Origin: Haliotis rubra
Lineage: Eukaryota
Direction: 5' to 3'
Length of the DNA stretch: 64,000 nt
Assembly (NCBI RefSeq): GCF_003918875.1
Contig: NW_025765814.1
Location: 1,116,001-1,180,000 of the forward strand
Program-made: the position numbers and the translations under genes
Part shown: one piece after another, positions 25,401 through 38,157 of the stretch
Numbering within the stretch: position 1 is the stretch's first letter
Layout: each line of letters starts with the position of its first letter
The notes under the pieces: generated by a model
The model's input: only the letters and a program-made list of their open reading frames with translations
What the model was told of the DNA's origin: nothing
Databases searched by the model: none

Positions 25401-28400
25401 TGTCAACTTTGTGCTGTGCGTGTCAGAAAAAGCATTGCTTCCTAATTGCAAACCCAGAATTGTCCCACATTTTATAGTTGCCAAAGAATTAAGATGTTAA
25501 AACAAGAAATATGCTTATCTTAACAAGACATTTGTATTAGGATGTCATAGTGATATTGGTGCATTATTAATGAGAATGTTTGAACACAAACTTATGATTA
25601 TCAATACTAAATTGTTTCACTGCCACAGAAACATTAACATTTATTGAGATTACAATGGAAAAGATGCCAGAAAATTAATTCAAATTTAAACACATAATGG
25701 ATGAGCCTTGTTCATATTCAGCCTTCTTTATGATTAAACTTCAGAGCTGGACCGTGTAGATAGGGGTTGTTTTTTTGCAAAATCTACACATATACAGGAA
25801 TTCTTTTTGGTTAAATCATTATTCTGATATGTCTTGAAATTGCTTGAAAATGACATATTGATACCAAACTTTCAAATGAGTGACACCCCTAGCTTTGTAT
25901 TACTGAATACATGGTATATACTCATAAGCAGATGGTGTCTTCCAACAGTGTATATCAGACATGCAAATCAAATTAACAAATGGCATTATAATATTTCTGT
26001 GCAATTGTATCATCTTTCACTGAGTGGAACATTCTGAAGCATATTATGTGCATATACTCACTCTTCAAATTGCTCAAATCCCTCTCCCAACTGCCGCGAG
26101 CTGATTGGTCACCATCACAACATTTACAGCAAGGGAAGGGTCCATTTTGGGAACGGGGGAGGAAGAAATAACATAACAACAAGCAGTCAGCATAGTCAGT
26201 ATCTAAAGTCTACACTCTCCAGGTGGAACAACGGTCAAGTGAGGCATTTTCTGATCAGATATAAATCACAAGCAGTTGTTCGGCATTTTACTGATTATGT
26301 TGAAAAAAATTACATTATTACAAATGAACCATGTTCTGATCAGATATATATCACAATCAGTTGTTCGGCATTTCAGAAATTTTGTGAATAAACTTTACAC
26401 TCATACAAATGAACCTTGTTCTTATCAGATATACATCACAATCAGTCAATGAGCATTTCAGAAATTATGTAAAAGACTGACTGAGTTTGGTTTACGCCGC
26501 TTTTAGCAATATTCCAGCAACATCACGGCGGGGGACACCAGAAATGGGCTTCACACATTGTACCCATGTGGGGAATCGAACCCAGGTTTTCGGCGTGACG
26601 AGCCAACGCTTTAACCACTAGGCTACCCCACTGCCCTTATGTAAAAGAAACACTGAATGTACATTATGTATTATGCAATGCATCTGCTGATTTGTTTTCA
26701 ATAATGATTTTTTGGAAAATATTTTTTAATGTTTCTTAATAAATAAGCATCACAAGAATTTCTGATTACATCACAGTATATTTCAAAACAGTGATTATAT
26801 TTTGAGGGTATGTGTAACCTAAACATGATACACCGTTGTGGATCACTTGACCGTTTGAGCTTTGTACCACCTTGAACATGCGTCACCATTACCGCATACA
26901 ATGCATTTAGTTTCCCGTCACAGACAACATGATTCATCACTGTAATTTCCTCACTCAACAAATATACGTCTAAACACACAATGTAAAGAAATAATAGCTA
27001 TAAATAACACCTGTATATATATATCTTCATGAAAACGTTTGTGAGTGGGCATGCACAAATGATAATTTTTGGTCGTACAAACAGCTTCTGTGAATGTTGA
27101 GGCAACTGTCCTCCTCTCTTTAAGAAAACAAAATATGTCACATAATACAGATCATGAACTCATCGAGAGTGCAGTCAAGCAAATGAGCATGCTTTGGTGT
27201 GATCTTTCATCATCATAATCAGAAGAAGACAATACTGGTGACAGTGTGGTGATGTGGTATCTGGGGCCTTGCTGTTCTCAATACAGTACCCCGGTACTCA
27301 GAGAGGCAGACATGCAAATACAATAATTTTGAAAATTATAAGACAGAATGTTACTTAAATTCTGAAGTGAAATATTTCCTGATGTTTATGAATCATGCAG
27401 ATAGTGAGGATGCAAAATTGAAATTTCACAAGTGACATAAAATATATCTTGTGACCAATTTCTGACTAGTGAGTAGAACACTCCACATCAGTGATGAAGC
27501 ATAATGTCGTGAAAATGGCATTACAATTTTAAAACATGCAAACATACACTCAGCTAGCAACGCTACAATATTCTAAATAATATGATAAAACATGTCCAAT
27601 GATAAACATGACAACCTTATCAGCTAAGGAAACTTGTTTTAGTGGTATGACCGAAAAGATTCACCAACTGAAAAATTAAGACACACATCTCTAAAATGTC
27701 TACCACATTGTTTTTGAATCAGTCTACTGAAGTAGTATAAAATCAGTGTTATTCTTTTAGCAATAATAAATATTTGTATCTGAGTTAGTACAAAAGAAGG
27801 ATGAAACAATCTAAATAAAATTAGAAAAAATAATCTATTTCAAATATATAAAAACAATTTTCCAGACTGTTGACATGATCACCATCAGACATTAAACATG
27901 TTATAAGCATTGTAAGTGTGCGTTGTATTGTACACTGTATCATGAATATGTTTCAGCTATTGCACATGCAGTCATGATAATCAAGATACCAATATGCAAA
28001 TATAAACTGTCTATGCATCACTCAGTCCAGAATGATATCAATCATAGTATTAAAAATGTCAAAGACCATCATTTCATAGCAGTTATAATATATTATTATT
28101 AAAATTATGCAAGGCAATGATCAAATATATTCGGGAATTTGATAATACTGATGAGATAATGGTAAAACTAAATGCATCAATATAACCAAAAGCCTGAATA
28201 GATTTCATAACGATGATCATAAACTTATCTTCCAAATATTTTGTTAAGCATGCTATGTAATTCCAGAATAAATTACAACATTCAAAATGTTCAAGATTTT
28301 TCAATCTCACTAAAATTTAAAAGAGAATAAGATTAAAAAATAATTGTGCAGGCTTTACAACAATGAAAGCCCATTGCAGCTATAAGTATGTTGCCATGGA

Positions 28401-31337
28401 AGCAACAAGTACTATACCGGTTTTTTCTAGGTGCCTCTTCTCCCCAGCCAGAAACAGCCTTTGAAGGACGCCCTGGGGGACCATCCTGTGAGACACAAAA
28501 CAAATCAATCTGAAAACTCTTCTATATGTGGTGGTGTGTGGTCCTGTGCACAGAGCTCAATCAATTGAAGTTAAGCAATGTTGAGTGCAGAGAGTCCTTG
28601 GATGGGTGATCGTGTTTGGTTTTTAGGACTTCAGTCCTGCCCCACAAAGAAGCACATGTGATACATGTGGTCTCATATTAAGCAAGTGAGTTTGTTCAAA
28701 ATTGCCTCTGTTCACCCAGCAGAAAATGGGTACCCGGTGGTCATGTGACTATTAACCTTCTAGGGCTTCACGGGCAGCTTGGGTTATCCGGGGTAATAAT
28801 AATCAGACTGTGACTGTGCTTTGTGCATGTTTAGGCATGGATATACATGCAATGTACAAATATGCTATTATTTATTATTATCATTACTATTTCAAATCGA
28901 CTTGCCAAATTTGACAACTGCTGAAAAATTGAGTCCTGACCAGACAAATCAGTGATAAATCCATGCCATTTGAGCGTGTTGACATACTATCAACCAGTCA
29001 GGGACCCTGATTTGCCAATAATTTGCCATAATTTGTGATTCTCAACAAGTAATCAACACCCAGTTGATAAACTTCTTGCTGTAATCATTTTCTCCATGTA
29101 GCTTGAAACTTGACAAACATTGTACTGAAATTCCTCAAATTAATTATTGTATTGGATGATTTGGTTAAAAGAGATAGTCAACAAATACCCTACCTCACAA
29201 CCCACTCGCAGGATTGTTAACAGGTTAAAGGGAAACAAAACTCCAACTTTGAAAGAACTGAAATATGCATTGGTTATTTCTTTGAAGAATACAAATTTGC
29301 TTCAACTGGACTATAGTTTCGGCAGATTTTACTTGTGTTCAGTGCTATTGTGTGTGCTGTGCAAAGTGACATCTCTCAGAGGATCGAAGAATGAGTAACC
29401 GTCTATCATAAGAAAGGATATAAAATTAGGGTGGGGCAAACTGACATGTTTTGGTTGTTGATAAATGCTTACAAGACTTAAAGTGTGATGCTATCAACGA
29501 ACCTCCTTACTTTGTACAGTAAAAAAACAACACAGTATCCCTTCAGAGATTTCAGGTAAATGAACAGGTAATAACAAACTTGCTTCATAAATTATTAAAT
29601 CTGAGATCTATTACCACTAGACATCACAATCTATCTTTCATATGGTATTTGCCATTCTGGTAGACATAGTTTTATTCACAGATATAGATAAAAAATAATA
29701 GCACTTTGGAATAATTGCTTGCTATTGCCAGATAATTTGTATCTATGGAACAGTTTTGACTGAGGCCATTCAGGCCTCAAGCGTTCCTGCTACAGCCAAT
29801 GAATGAAACCAGAATGCAAATATCATAATTACAACCAAAATAACTTATAGTTATAACTTTATAACCCCCGTTACCTTGGCTCAGGGGGATCTAATCAAAT
29901 GGGCCGAAGGACAAAGGGCGAGAAGTGCCAAGTCAAATGGGCCGATGGAAAAAGTCAAATGGGTCATGGTGAAAGTCAAATTGGCCATGAGAAAATGTCA
30001 AAAGGGCCTTATTCTTAGTCATATGGGCTGAACAAAAAAAAGTTTACAAATGTTTTTCATTTTTTATTGACATATATAGCATTAAAACCTAATATCATAA
30101 CAATATCAATAACATCCTCAGCTATGGACCTGGCAGACTTGAACAGGTCTTGTGTTGCAGCTTTTTTCACCTATAACAACAAGGTTAATTGATCTAATCA
30201 GGGATAATCAACAGCAGGGATAGGTCACTCGCTTGCTGTCTCTACCATTTGTGCTAATTAGCGTGTGCCTCGTCATGCTCCAACAACCCGTGAAGGTCTG
30301 AATGAATGAACCTTCAGTAACCAAGCTTGTCGTAAGAGGCGACTAACGGGATCGGGTGGTCTGAGGCTCGCTGGCTTGGTTGACATATGTCATGGTTCCC
30401 AATTGCGCAGATCAATGCTCATGCTGTTGATCACTGGATTGTCTGGTCCAGAATTGACCCACTCGGCTCATTTGACTACAACCCGGATCAGGGATATATC
30501 TCTCAATGCTACCATTAGGAACACTGCATTGTTGCTGATATAGCATTTGGATTACCTTGCTTGAAGGAGGTTGTGATACAGGGACATCTTCTTCTGCTCC
30601 ATCATCTTCAACAGCAGGAGCACTGCGTTGTGCTCTACGACCTTGCTTTGCACTCTGAAATAATGTATTGTTGGATTATAGGTTTTTTGTCTGGAAGTTA
30701 ATTTGCGCTATGACTGGATGTGTTGTATCAGACAGACATTGAAAATACTCGGAAGATGGCCATAGTGATGTATTGTTGGATAATATTTTTTGGTCTGAAG
30801 TTAATTCGCGCTATGGCTGGATGTGTTGTAACAGACAGACATTGAAAATACTCGGATGATGGTTTGTGTATAAGATAATGATGCTTTTGAAAGTTAATAA
30901 CATGTTTCATAGTTGCTCATGTGGTTGGCAAGAAAACAAATGATGTTCATATCCGAAAACCCATAACACCCTGATAACTTAATTGACAGCTGATACATTT
31001 CCAAATTTGCCAGCCCAGAAACGTTGCTGTGCCAACAAATACTACCTAGATTGGCTGGGTGTTTTCTTTGTCAATACAAAGGATATGGAAAGAAATCTTA
31101 TTCATCATTTATATAATGTTTGTCTGATAATCAGAGTGCTTGCTGATCATCTTTTACGGCGTCGTTTACGGGATGCGAAAGACATAAACTGATAAATCTG
31201 AGAACATGGTGTTGTCATGGCAAATTTAACCTTATGAAACTATATTATCTCTAAATGTCATAATCGTGATCTAATCATGTAAATGCATTTACCCTTGACT
31301 TAGGAGTGGGTTGGAAATCAAGATCTTCGTCGTCCAT
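19415..31337 (-). CDS. IFT43: Intraflagellar transport protein 43 (IFT-A subunit), 9 coding exons, 207 aa
   Basis: Exons 31337-31293, 30654-30556, 28485-28418, 26100-26062, 22167-22118, 21701-21629, 21183-21108, 20419-20360, 19528-19415, phases consistent. Motifs DIPVIPELEDQQEED, NRVATYRELDNDL, IDLKLLTK and WDWDRLFTEVTSE match IFT43. Confidence 0.92.
19486..19746. repeat. 87-bp triplication spanning the IFT43 last acceptor
   Basis: Acceptor AG/GAGGAC starts at 19702, 19615 and 19528 on the minus strand. Confidence 0.92.
19738..20130. mobile_element. Harbinger-like MITE with a family-A SINE (19954-20110, -) inserted in its right TIR
   Basis: TIRs GGGACCGTTCATAATTTATGG / CCATAAATTATGAATGGTCC with TAA flanks. 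The SINE is flanked by duplicated CATAAATTATGA. Confidence 0.75.
22308..22554 (-). mobile_element. Retroposon family B, full-length copy
   Basis: Flanked by target duplication GTTACCTCAATGTA; ACTC tail. Confidence 0.88.
22661..23153. mobile_element. MITE
   Basis: TIRs CAGAGCTCCAGATAAG / CTTATCTGGGCCTCTG with TTAACC on both sides. Confidence 0.65.
23870..24180. mobile_element. Foldback/palindromic non-autonomous element
   Basis: Perfect 61-bp inverted arms 24012-24072 and 24118-24178 with a 45-nt loop, plus a third partial arm copy at about 23925-23975. Confidence 0.65.
26475..26637 (-). mobile_element. tRNA-derived SINE family A
   Basis: Full consensus; target duplication TTATGTAAAAGA. Confidence 0.85.
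28528..28890 (+). mobile_element. Decayed SINE with 5S rRNA-derived promoter and Deu/Nin-like core
   Basis: GAAGTTAAGCA (28567-28577) and CTTGGATGGGTGATC (28597-28611) match 5S boxes A and C. CTCTGTTCACCCAGCAGAAAATGGGTACC at about 28706-28734; TAT-repeat tail. Confidence 0.6.
30286..30455 (+). mobile_element. Retroposon family B, 3'-truncated copy inside a MITE-like element
   Basis: Begins ACCCGTGAAGG. Lies within 29885-30490, which has AAGTCAAATGGGCC subterminal repeats and inverted ends. Confidence 0.75.
30665..30862. repeat. ~107-bp tandem duplication beside the IFT43 exon 2 acceptor
   Basis: Two copies of ATGTATTGTTGGAT..AAGTTAATT.GCGCTATG.CTGGATGTGTTGTA.CAGACAGACATTGAAAATACTCGGA.GATGG. 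Confidence 0.8.
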
Positions 31338-31856
31338 CTCGCTTGTAAACAAACTGTGTGCGTTTCCCTGGAATGCGGGAGGGTTTAATATATTGATTAC
31401 AACGTGATTCCGCAAACGTGTTACAGAAAATATATTCTACCTAAGACATTTCTAGAACACGTACTAGCATTTATAATCATATTTTAATAAGATGGGTGCT
31501 CCAAAATTTAAAATACAATGAAAAAACAAAACAAAACAGAAATATACAACGATAGATCCCTACCAAGAACTCTTTCGACATGAAGTTATGATAAAACTTA
31601 GACTAGTTCCACTAATTGTTCGCGCATAAAGCTTACTGCGTTTAGCTTTTGACTGGTTTCTGGATCCTCCGCTCAGTGGCTCGCGCTTAGATAAACTGGT
31701 TCCCAGCTCATTTGCGCGTCGTATACTTGCGCCAAGCTATATTGTGATGTGGGAGACGGGGCCCAGCTTATCATTTAGATAGACAGGAACCCAGTCGACG
31801 ATGCGACAAGAGACATGACCCCAGTTTGACCAGCTGAAAAAAAGCGAAAAAGCACG
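31338..31856. promoter_or_regulatory. Bidirectional promoter region between IFT43 and TMEM223
   Basis: About 520 bp between divergent ATGs, locally CpG-richer. X-box-like GTTTCCCTGGAATG at 31362-31375 just upstream of the IFT43 ATG. Confidence 0.55.
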
Positions 31857-33980
31857 ATGCGGTTGCTGAAACTTGTTCAAAATCAGAGCGTTGCCTCCCG
31901 ATTACGCAGTTATGCGTTGTTTTGCAGGATAGACATTAAACGACAATTTTTGTCAATATCATGTTTAGGAAATCACATCCAAAGATGTCACACGCGTCTG
32001 ATGTTCAACAGTTTACAAAAGTTCGGTGGAAAATTTGACTTTCTACCCAAGACCTTACCAAGGACGATCATATCGAGACACAAGTCGTACAAAGCAAAAC
32101 CAAAGTCCCAATTACCCTACGAAATCGATACCAATGTGTCGAAAGATGTGCTTGTGTATTCATTCAGTGGAAGTCGCTTCTACAAGTTAATCACATTGTT
32201 TGGTGCCTCTCAGTTCATATTTTGGATGTATTTGTCAATATTTTCATTCAGCAGCTTGAAAGACATTTCACAAGAAGATGAGGACAAACAGTTAGGCATT
32301 AAACGAGAAGATAGTCTGGTTTTTTAAGATACTGATGCCGATTAAAGGCTCTTACAAAACAGGACTTGGCCTCCTCTTCCTGAGCGTAGGTGTGTATTCA
32401 GATCAATTAACTACCTGCCGCTAGTGGGTTCAGATCTCAGTATTGGCCTGTTTATGGTCCTTAGTTTGTCGGTACCATAACAGTACTTGTGAGTTTATGT
32501 CAAGTATAAACTGTACCATGATTTGCTGGAAACACTGACATTCAGTGAAGCTGAAGGGGTCGTTGTCGGCACGGGTACTACAGATATGTACCCCAGGCCA
32601 TAATGAGAATACAGAAACATACCCTAGGACGATTCCATTCCCATTGTGTCGTATTCTTGACCGGAACTGTCATACTGTTGTATCAGATACATTTGATTGC
32701 GTTATGTAAGTAATGAGAATACACAGTAACGGACATTTCGGGATGCACATGGATACCACTTGGAATCAGTTGAATGGGAACAACTACATACAGTTTCGGT
32801 TTTGGGTTACGGAATATGGACTTGTCCGCCTTTTAAGGTACCGGGTATGTTTCTGTATTTTGACTTTGTTTAGGGTACATACCTGTAAACAGAAACATAC
32901 CTGGGGTACGTATCTGTAGTACCTGTGCCAACAACGACCCCTTCAGCTTCAGTGAAAGTGGATTAAGAGCTGAATACCAAATCTATTCACTTGATGTACA
33001 GTAAATTATGTTTATAATCAACACACCTATATCACACTGAAGGATATGACCATGACAAACCTTTTTGGGTGTCATGGACACTTGGTATTAGAGCAAATGC
33101 ATATATAACAACTAAAATATGTATGATATGTTGTTTTGTATCTTATATGTATGTGAATGTTCTTATTAGTCTTTATCCTGCAATGAACACTCTGATTCTA
33201 ACACCGCCTCCGTGGTGTAGTGGTTAGAGCGTCCGCCCGGAGAGCGGAAGGTCGCGGGTTCAATCCCCGACTGCGTCATACCAAAAAGACGTTAAAATAT
33301 GGTACTTGTTGGTCCCTGCCTGGCGCTCAGCATTAATGGGTACAACAAGGACTGGTCGGTTTGGAGTCAGCATAATGTGTCTGAGTGGGGTATTCATGCT
33401 TCACTGCGGCATGGTATCTCAGTGGGCTAGCACTATAAAACCAGCTTAAGTCTGGGCTAGTACAAGCAGCCGCACATACACATACACACGCATGCACATC
33501 GTCATATGGGCGAAATATTCTCAAGCATGACGTAAAACCCAATTTCACCTCACCTCACCTCTGATTCTAACACAGTGTTCCAGAAATACTGAAGTGAGCT
33601 ACAGACCCTTCTGAAGTTTTGTGTTAAAGATTAAGCATTTAATAAACTTCTGTTAATAGATAAAGTTGTTGTTTTTTTCAGGCTCAATGGTGCTGTTCAT
33701 CTGTTGGATCTACCCACAGCGTGCTGTTAACAAGCTGTGGCTGTTGAAGGGAGGTCAAGGAGTTCAGATATCCACTTACTCCTGGTTTGGTAAAACACGC
33801 TCTTTCTCAGCTCCGCTAAACCATCTTTCCTGCCTACAGTCACGAACAAGCTCTTCTTCACAGATTTCGATGAAGGTGAAACACAGATGGTTCCATTTTC
33901 TCTTGGACAAACAAGGAATCTTTCACAACACAGAGCTGTTTGATTATGCTGTTGGACTTCAGAGGAATCTAAAAAAATAA
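31857..33980 (+). CDS. TMEM223: Transmembrane protein 223 (mitochondrial inner membrane), 2 exons; apparent +1 frameshift at T6 32320-32325
   Basis: Exon 1 is 31857-32389 (533 nt, phase needs 532) and exon 2 is 33682-33980. Basic presequence-like N-terminus, KDVLVYS..RFYKLITLFGASQFIFW, and C-terminal LLKGGQGVQISTY..LSC..MKVKHRWFHFLLDKQGIFHNTELFDYAVG matching TMEM223. Confidence 0.88.
32541..32956. mobile_element. MITE in the TMEM223 intron
   Basis: About 55-bp TIRs TGAAGCTGAAGGGGTCGTTG..GTACCCCAGG and the reverse complement. Confidence 0.8.
33204..33560 (+). mobile_element. Long tRNA-derived SINE family C (Meta/MESC-like core) in the TMEM223 intron
   Basis: tRNA head GTGGTGTAGTGG..GGTTCAATCCC, core GGTACTTGTTGGTCCCTGCCTGGCGCTCAGCATTAA, CACCT tail, target duplication CTCTGATTCTAACAC. 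Confidence 0.85.
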
Positions 33981-34870
33981 TATACAAACTGTTGACTGTT
34001 AATGTATGAGGTACATGTAATAAATTTGGTGTGTGTGTGTGTACCTTTCTGTGTGTTCATTTTGATTCTGGGTACCCAAAGACCAAGTTCAGGTAAATAA
34101 AGTACTGAACATGCTGAATATGACCACAATTTACAGTAAAGTAATTTTTGTTGTGAAGTTCACATATTGTAAAGTAAGTATTAAGCATGGACTTCACTGG
34201 CTGTAAAGTAAATGTTTTTATGATGTGAACTCAGTAACTGACCTAGACTAACATTTAGTCTCTGAAATGAACATATTTTACAGAAAAAAAGTTCCTAAAT
34301 TATAATCATTAAATATAATGTAAAGGAGATGACAAGACTTTATGGATGATCAACTTCTTTATTTTGACAATGACGTTTCGCAAAATAAATAAAGTTGATC
34401 ATCCATGAACATGATAGTTTTGTCATCTCTATACCACCAACTTCTAGAATGTCACTCAAACAAATAATAAAATAGGAGTCCAGAGACTTTCTTCATTTCC
34501 TGAAACACTGGAAATCTAGACTTGCCACATAATCTAGACTTGCTTGGACTTTCTTGAATATATTTGTTTCAGGGTCTGTATGACAGACTATAACTGGCCA
34601 TACTAATTACCTTCAGAACATATTTAAGAATCATATTAAAGATTTTGCATTGGTGTCCATGCATGTTATAAGAAACACTCTTATTAGGAACTGATGTATA
34701 TAATACACAATATTTTTAAAATGTGTATAATGAACTATGGTTGTAATTAACTACATAAAATTGTGGTCCCTTTGGGTTTTGTTATAATCATAGTTGACTA
34801 TCAAATTTCAGAAATGACCACACCATACCAGTGGCCAATAAGAGGTGGGAAAAAGTGGCATGATGTCCTG

Positions 34871-35115
34871 ACCCGTGAAGATCTGGGTCTTCAGTAACCC
34901 ATGCTTGTCGTAAGAGGCGACTAGCGGGATCGAGTTGTCAGGCTCGCTGATTTGGTTGACACATGTCATCGTATCCCAATTGTGCAGATCAATGCTCATA
35001 CTGTTGATCACTGGATAGTCTGGTCCAGACACGATTATTTGCAGACCACCGCCATATAGCTGGAATATTGCTGAGTGCAGCGTAATCCTAAACTCTCTCA
35101 CTCACTCAGTCACTC
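34871..35115 (+). mobile_element. Retroposon family B, near full-length copy
   Basis: Target duplication CATGATGTCCTG; starts ACCCGTGAAGATC; ACTC tail. Confidence 0.88.
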
Positions 35116-35713
35116 ATGATGTCCTGTCAGTCAGAATGATATCCCAGTGAAGTTATGGAATAATATCCCATTTAGTATACACTTTATTAGCAGTTGTAGT
35201 CACTGGATCTTGAGTAACATGATTCAAACAAAGCAATGGTGGTCTCACAGTTTAGCTTGATCAGTGTATGGTGGTTGACCTAGATGCAAGATATATGCTC
35301 AAGGTAGTATCCCCCCCCTTTAAAATTCCTGGATCAGTCGATGTTGATGGAGCAACATGCATTAACTAGGTCACTAGAAATAAGAAAAATTGTGTCAGGG
35401 AGATACTTTGGCTTTCAGAGACAGTTGATCCTGTCATCCTGTATATGTGTTGCAACTAGGAAGTTAATTTCTGATAAGTACATTGCTGGGATAGTGCAGT
35501 GTTCAAAGGTGTTGCAATGCGCTATGCAGAGTTACAGCTCTTAGCTATGATAGGATCTGCTGATAGGGGCAATAATCGTATGATCAGTGGTCTGTTATCT
35601 CCCTTTTCACGTGGTTTCTCATGTTTGGCTATTTCACACAATATGTACACCCTGAAGTACTGAAATAGTGTTCATTGTACATTTACTCTCAAATTATCAC
35701 AGGTGGACTGTTA

Positions 35714-37006
35714 TAGTATGACCAGAAATTATAGGGAATTTTAGGAATCTGTTTACTTGGATTTCTATTCTAAACAACCTTGACCAGCTATCAAGTGCTT
35801 GGTTTCATTCAAGAGAGACAACTCCGTTAATCTTTTTTCATTAGTTTGTGAAGAGTTATCCCTCTGTTTACTTGCTAGCAGTCGACATTTTCATTGATCC
35901 TCAGTAAGGATGATTTAGAGAAGAGGAAGTTGATTTTAGAGTATTATAACAAGGACATCAGATCAGCTAAAGTGATTTCAAGTAGAACAGGCATCCCTTT
36001 GTCCACTGTGTATCGTGTTTTGAAAAAATATTGCAAATGGATATGGCATTGAGCACCATGGAGGCGCAGGTAGGCCCAGAAAATTGACTGTCAGTGACAG
36101 GAGGCGGCTTGGTATTCTTGTTTCTAAAAACAAACGAAGGAGTTTAGTAAACCTAAGGCTGGATATGATTGATAGAGGAACTGTGGCTGTCTGTAAGGAG
36201 ACAATTAGAACTGAGCTGCATGCAATGGGTGGCAGAAAAGTCGAGGAATTCCATCATCGATCATGAAACCTGAACAAAAGGAGCGAAGGTTGAACTGGTG
36301 CTTACAGCATAGAAATTGTAACTGGGACAATGTGATTTCTCAGATGAAATTTCTGTGTGGCTGTTTCCTAATATACTGAAATTCTGGATCAAACTGAAAA
36401 ACCTTTTATCAGCGCCCAAAGTACAGTCCGATATTTAACGTGTGGGGTGGCATATCTGTGTTAGGGGCAACGCCCCTCTGTGTATTTGAAGGGAATATGA
36501 ACAGTGAGCGGTACACAGATATTCTCAAGGGGACATTTACTTCCATCTGCTCACGTGTTCTATGGAAAGTTTTGGATTTTCCAGCAGGACAACGACCCAA
36601 AACATCGTTCAAAGCATTTAAAGGCCTGGTTTAGGACCCAAAATATGACATTATTAGATTGACCAAGCTATAGCCCTGACCTAAATCCAATAGAAAATGT
36701 TTGGGGACTTATGAAGGAAAGTGTCAATAAGAAAAATCTGACAAATATTGCTGAAATGAAAGAAGAGGTGGTCCGATATTGGGACAGCATGGACCACAAC
36801 TTTCTAACTTCTTTGATCAGTAGTATGCCCCGCCGCATTGAAACCTGCATTGTTGCCTATGGTGACTTGACAAAATACTAACTGTTCACCTGTCTTTGAA
36901 TCTGGAGTTATGTTCTGCTAATATTCACATTTAATACGTGAGTAATGAGTGAATTTTTTTTTGAAAAGTACAATCTTTAAATTCTCAATAATTTCTGGTT
37001 GTACTG
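35714..37006 (+). mobile_element. Decayed Tc1-family DNA transposon (DD34E transposase pseudogene ~35910-36881)
   Basis: Frameshifted motifs SDE, VWGGIS, FQQDNDPKH and SPDLNPIENVWGLMK. Imperfect TIRs TAGTATGACCAGAAATTAT / ATAATTTCTGGTTGTACTG with TA flanks. Confidence 0.85.
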
Positions 37007-37131
37007 TACCTAAAACATTCAGTGGATGACCCTAAAAACACCAACCTTTCCTGGTTAATAACGAGCTTAAATGTTTATTCTCAAAGCACGAGTCTACACT
37101 ATACTGAACACATGCATCTTTCCGAATATCT

Positions 37132-37600
37132 AGGGCCCAGTTTAACGAAGCACTCTTACCTACGACAATAAATTTGACGGTCAGTAAAATCATGGGAGTT
37201 GCGATACGTTTTACGGAAGGATCTAAGGGTAAAAACGTAATGCAAATCTTTAGGATATACTATATCATTCAGTCTCGCACGATCACTGAATGCACTGTAC
37301 CTATGAAGGTCACCTCCATTGTCTAGTGAATGCCCGGAGAATATATAATCTGCGGTTCGATCTCTAGCCGTCTAACAACAAAATACACTTAATACAAATC
37401 CGGCGAAATGTTCATATGTGGTAACGGACAAGTTAATCTCCAAAATTCTCACAAAAACCTTTTTTATTAATAATGCTAAACAAAGTGGAGTATTGACTAG
37501 CACATTTCCAAGGTGTGGACCATCTTTTATCGTTCTAGAAAATGGGAGCACCCTACAGTGATGCCCAGACCTCATGAATAGTATCGTGAATCTGGGGCTA
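37132..37600. mobile_element. Harbinger-like MITE (degenerate)
   Basis: Ends GGGCCCAGTTTAACGAAG and TATCGTGAATCTGGGGC. Confidence 0.45.
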
Positions 37601-38157
37601 CCATCTCATTTCTTTGACTGTGTCCCTGCATTAAATGTAATACCACACAAAGGCCATTATGGAACCCTCCAGAATTCAGTTGCATCTTCTAAACGTTCGC
37701 GTCGCCGTCTGTAAATTAGGAGGAGAGTTAGAATCTGCTTTTTGTAAAGAACAGAAATGACGACGGATGCCGTTGATTGCATATGTTGATTACGTCGGTA
37801 CAACAGAAAACGTACTTTCTATGACGTGGTGTCACTGGTGGACGAACTGCTTGACGACCAAAACAGGCACCATCACAAGACAGCCGACAGCTATATCTAT
37901 TGCAAGTGTACCTACCAGTACACCATTCTTCCAGATGTCACAACAAGGCCTCAGTCTAAATTTATGGAGGACATTTCGAAATTTGAAGCATCAGCGACAA
38001 AAATGATATCAGTCCTTATTTTGACTGGTATTTTTCCTTATGGACACTGGTTCTAATAGAGAGACCATAGAAATTTGACGGAAATAAGTATTTTTTAAAT
38101 ATTTTTAAAAAATTCATCTCTTAGTCTGCAACAGCCTTCTTCCTAACTATAACACAC

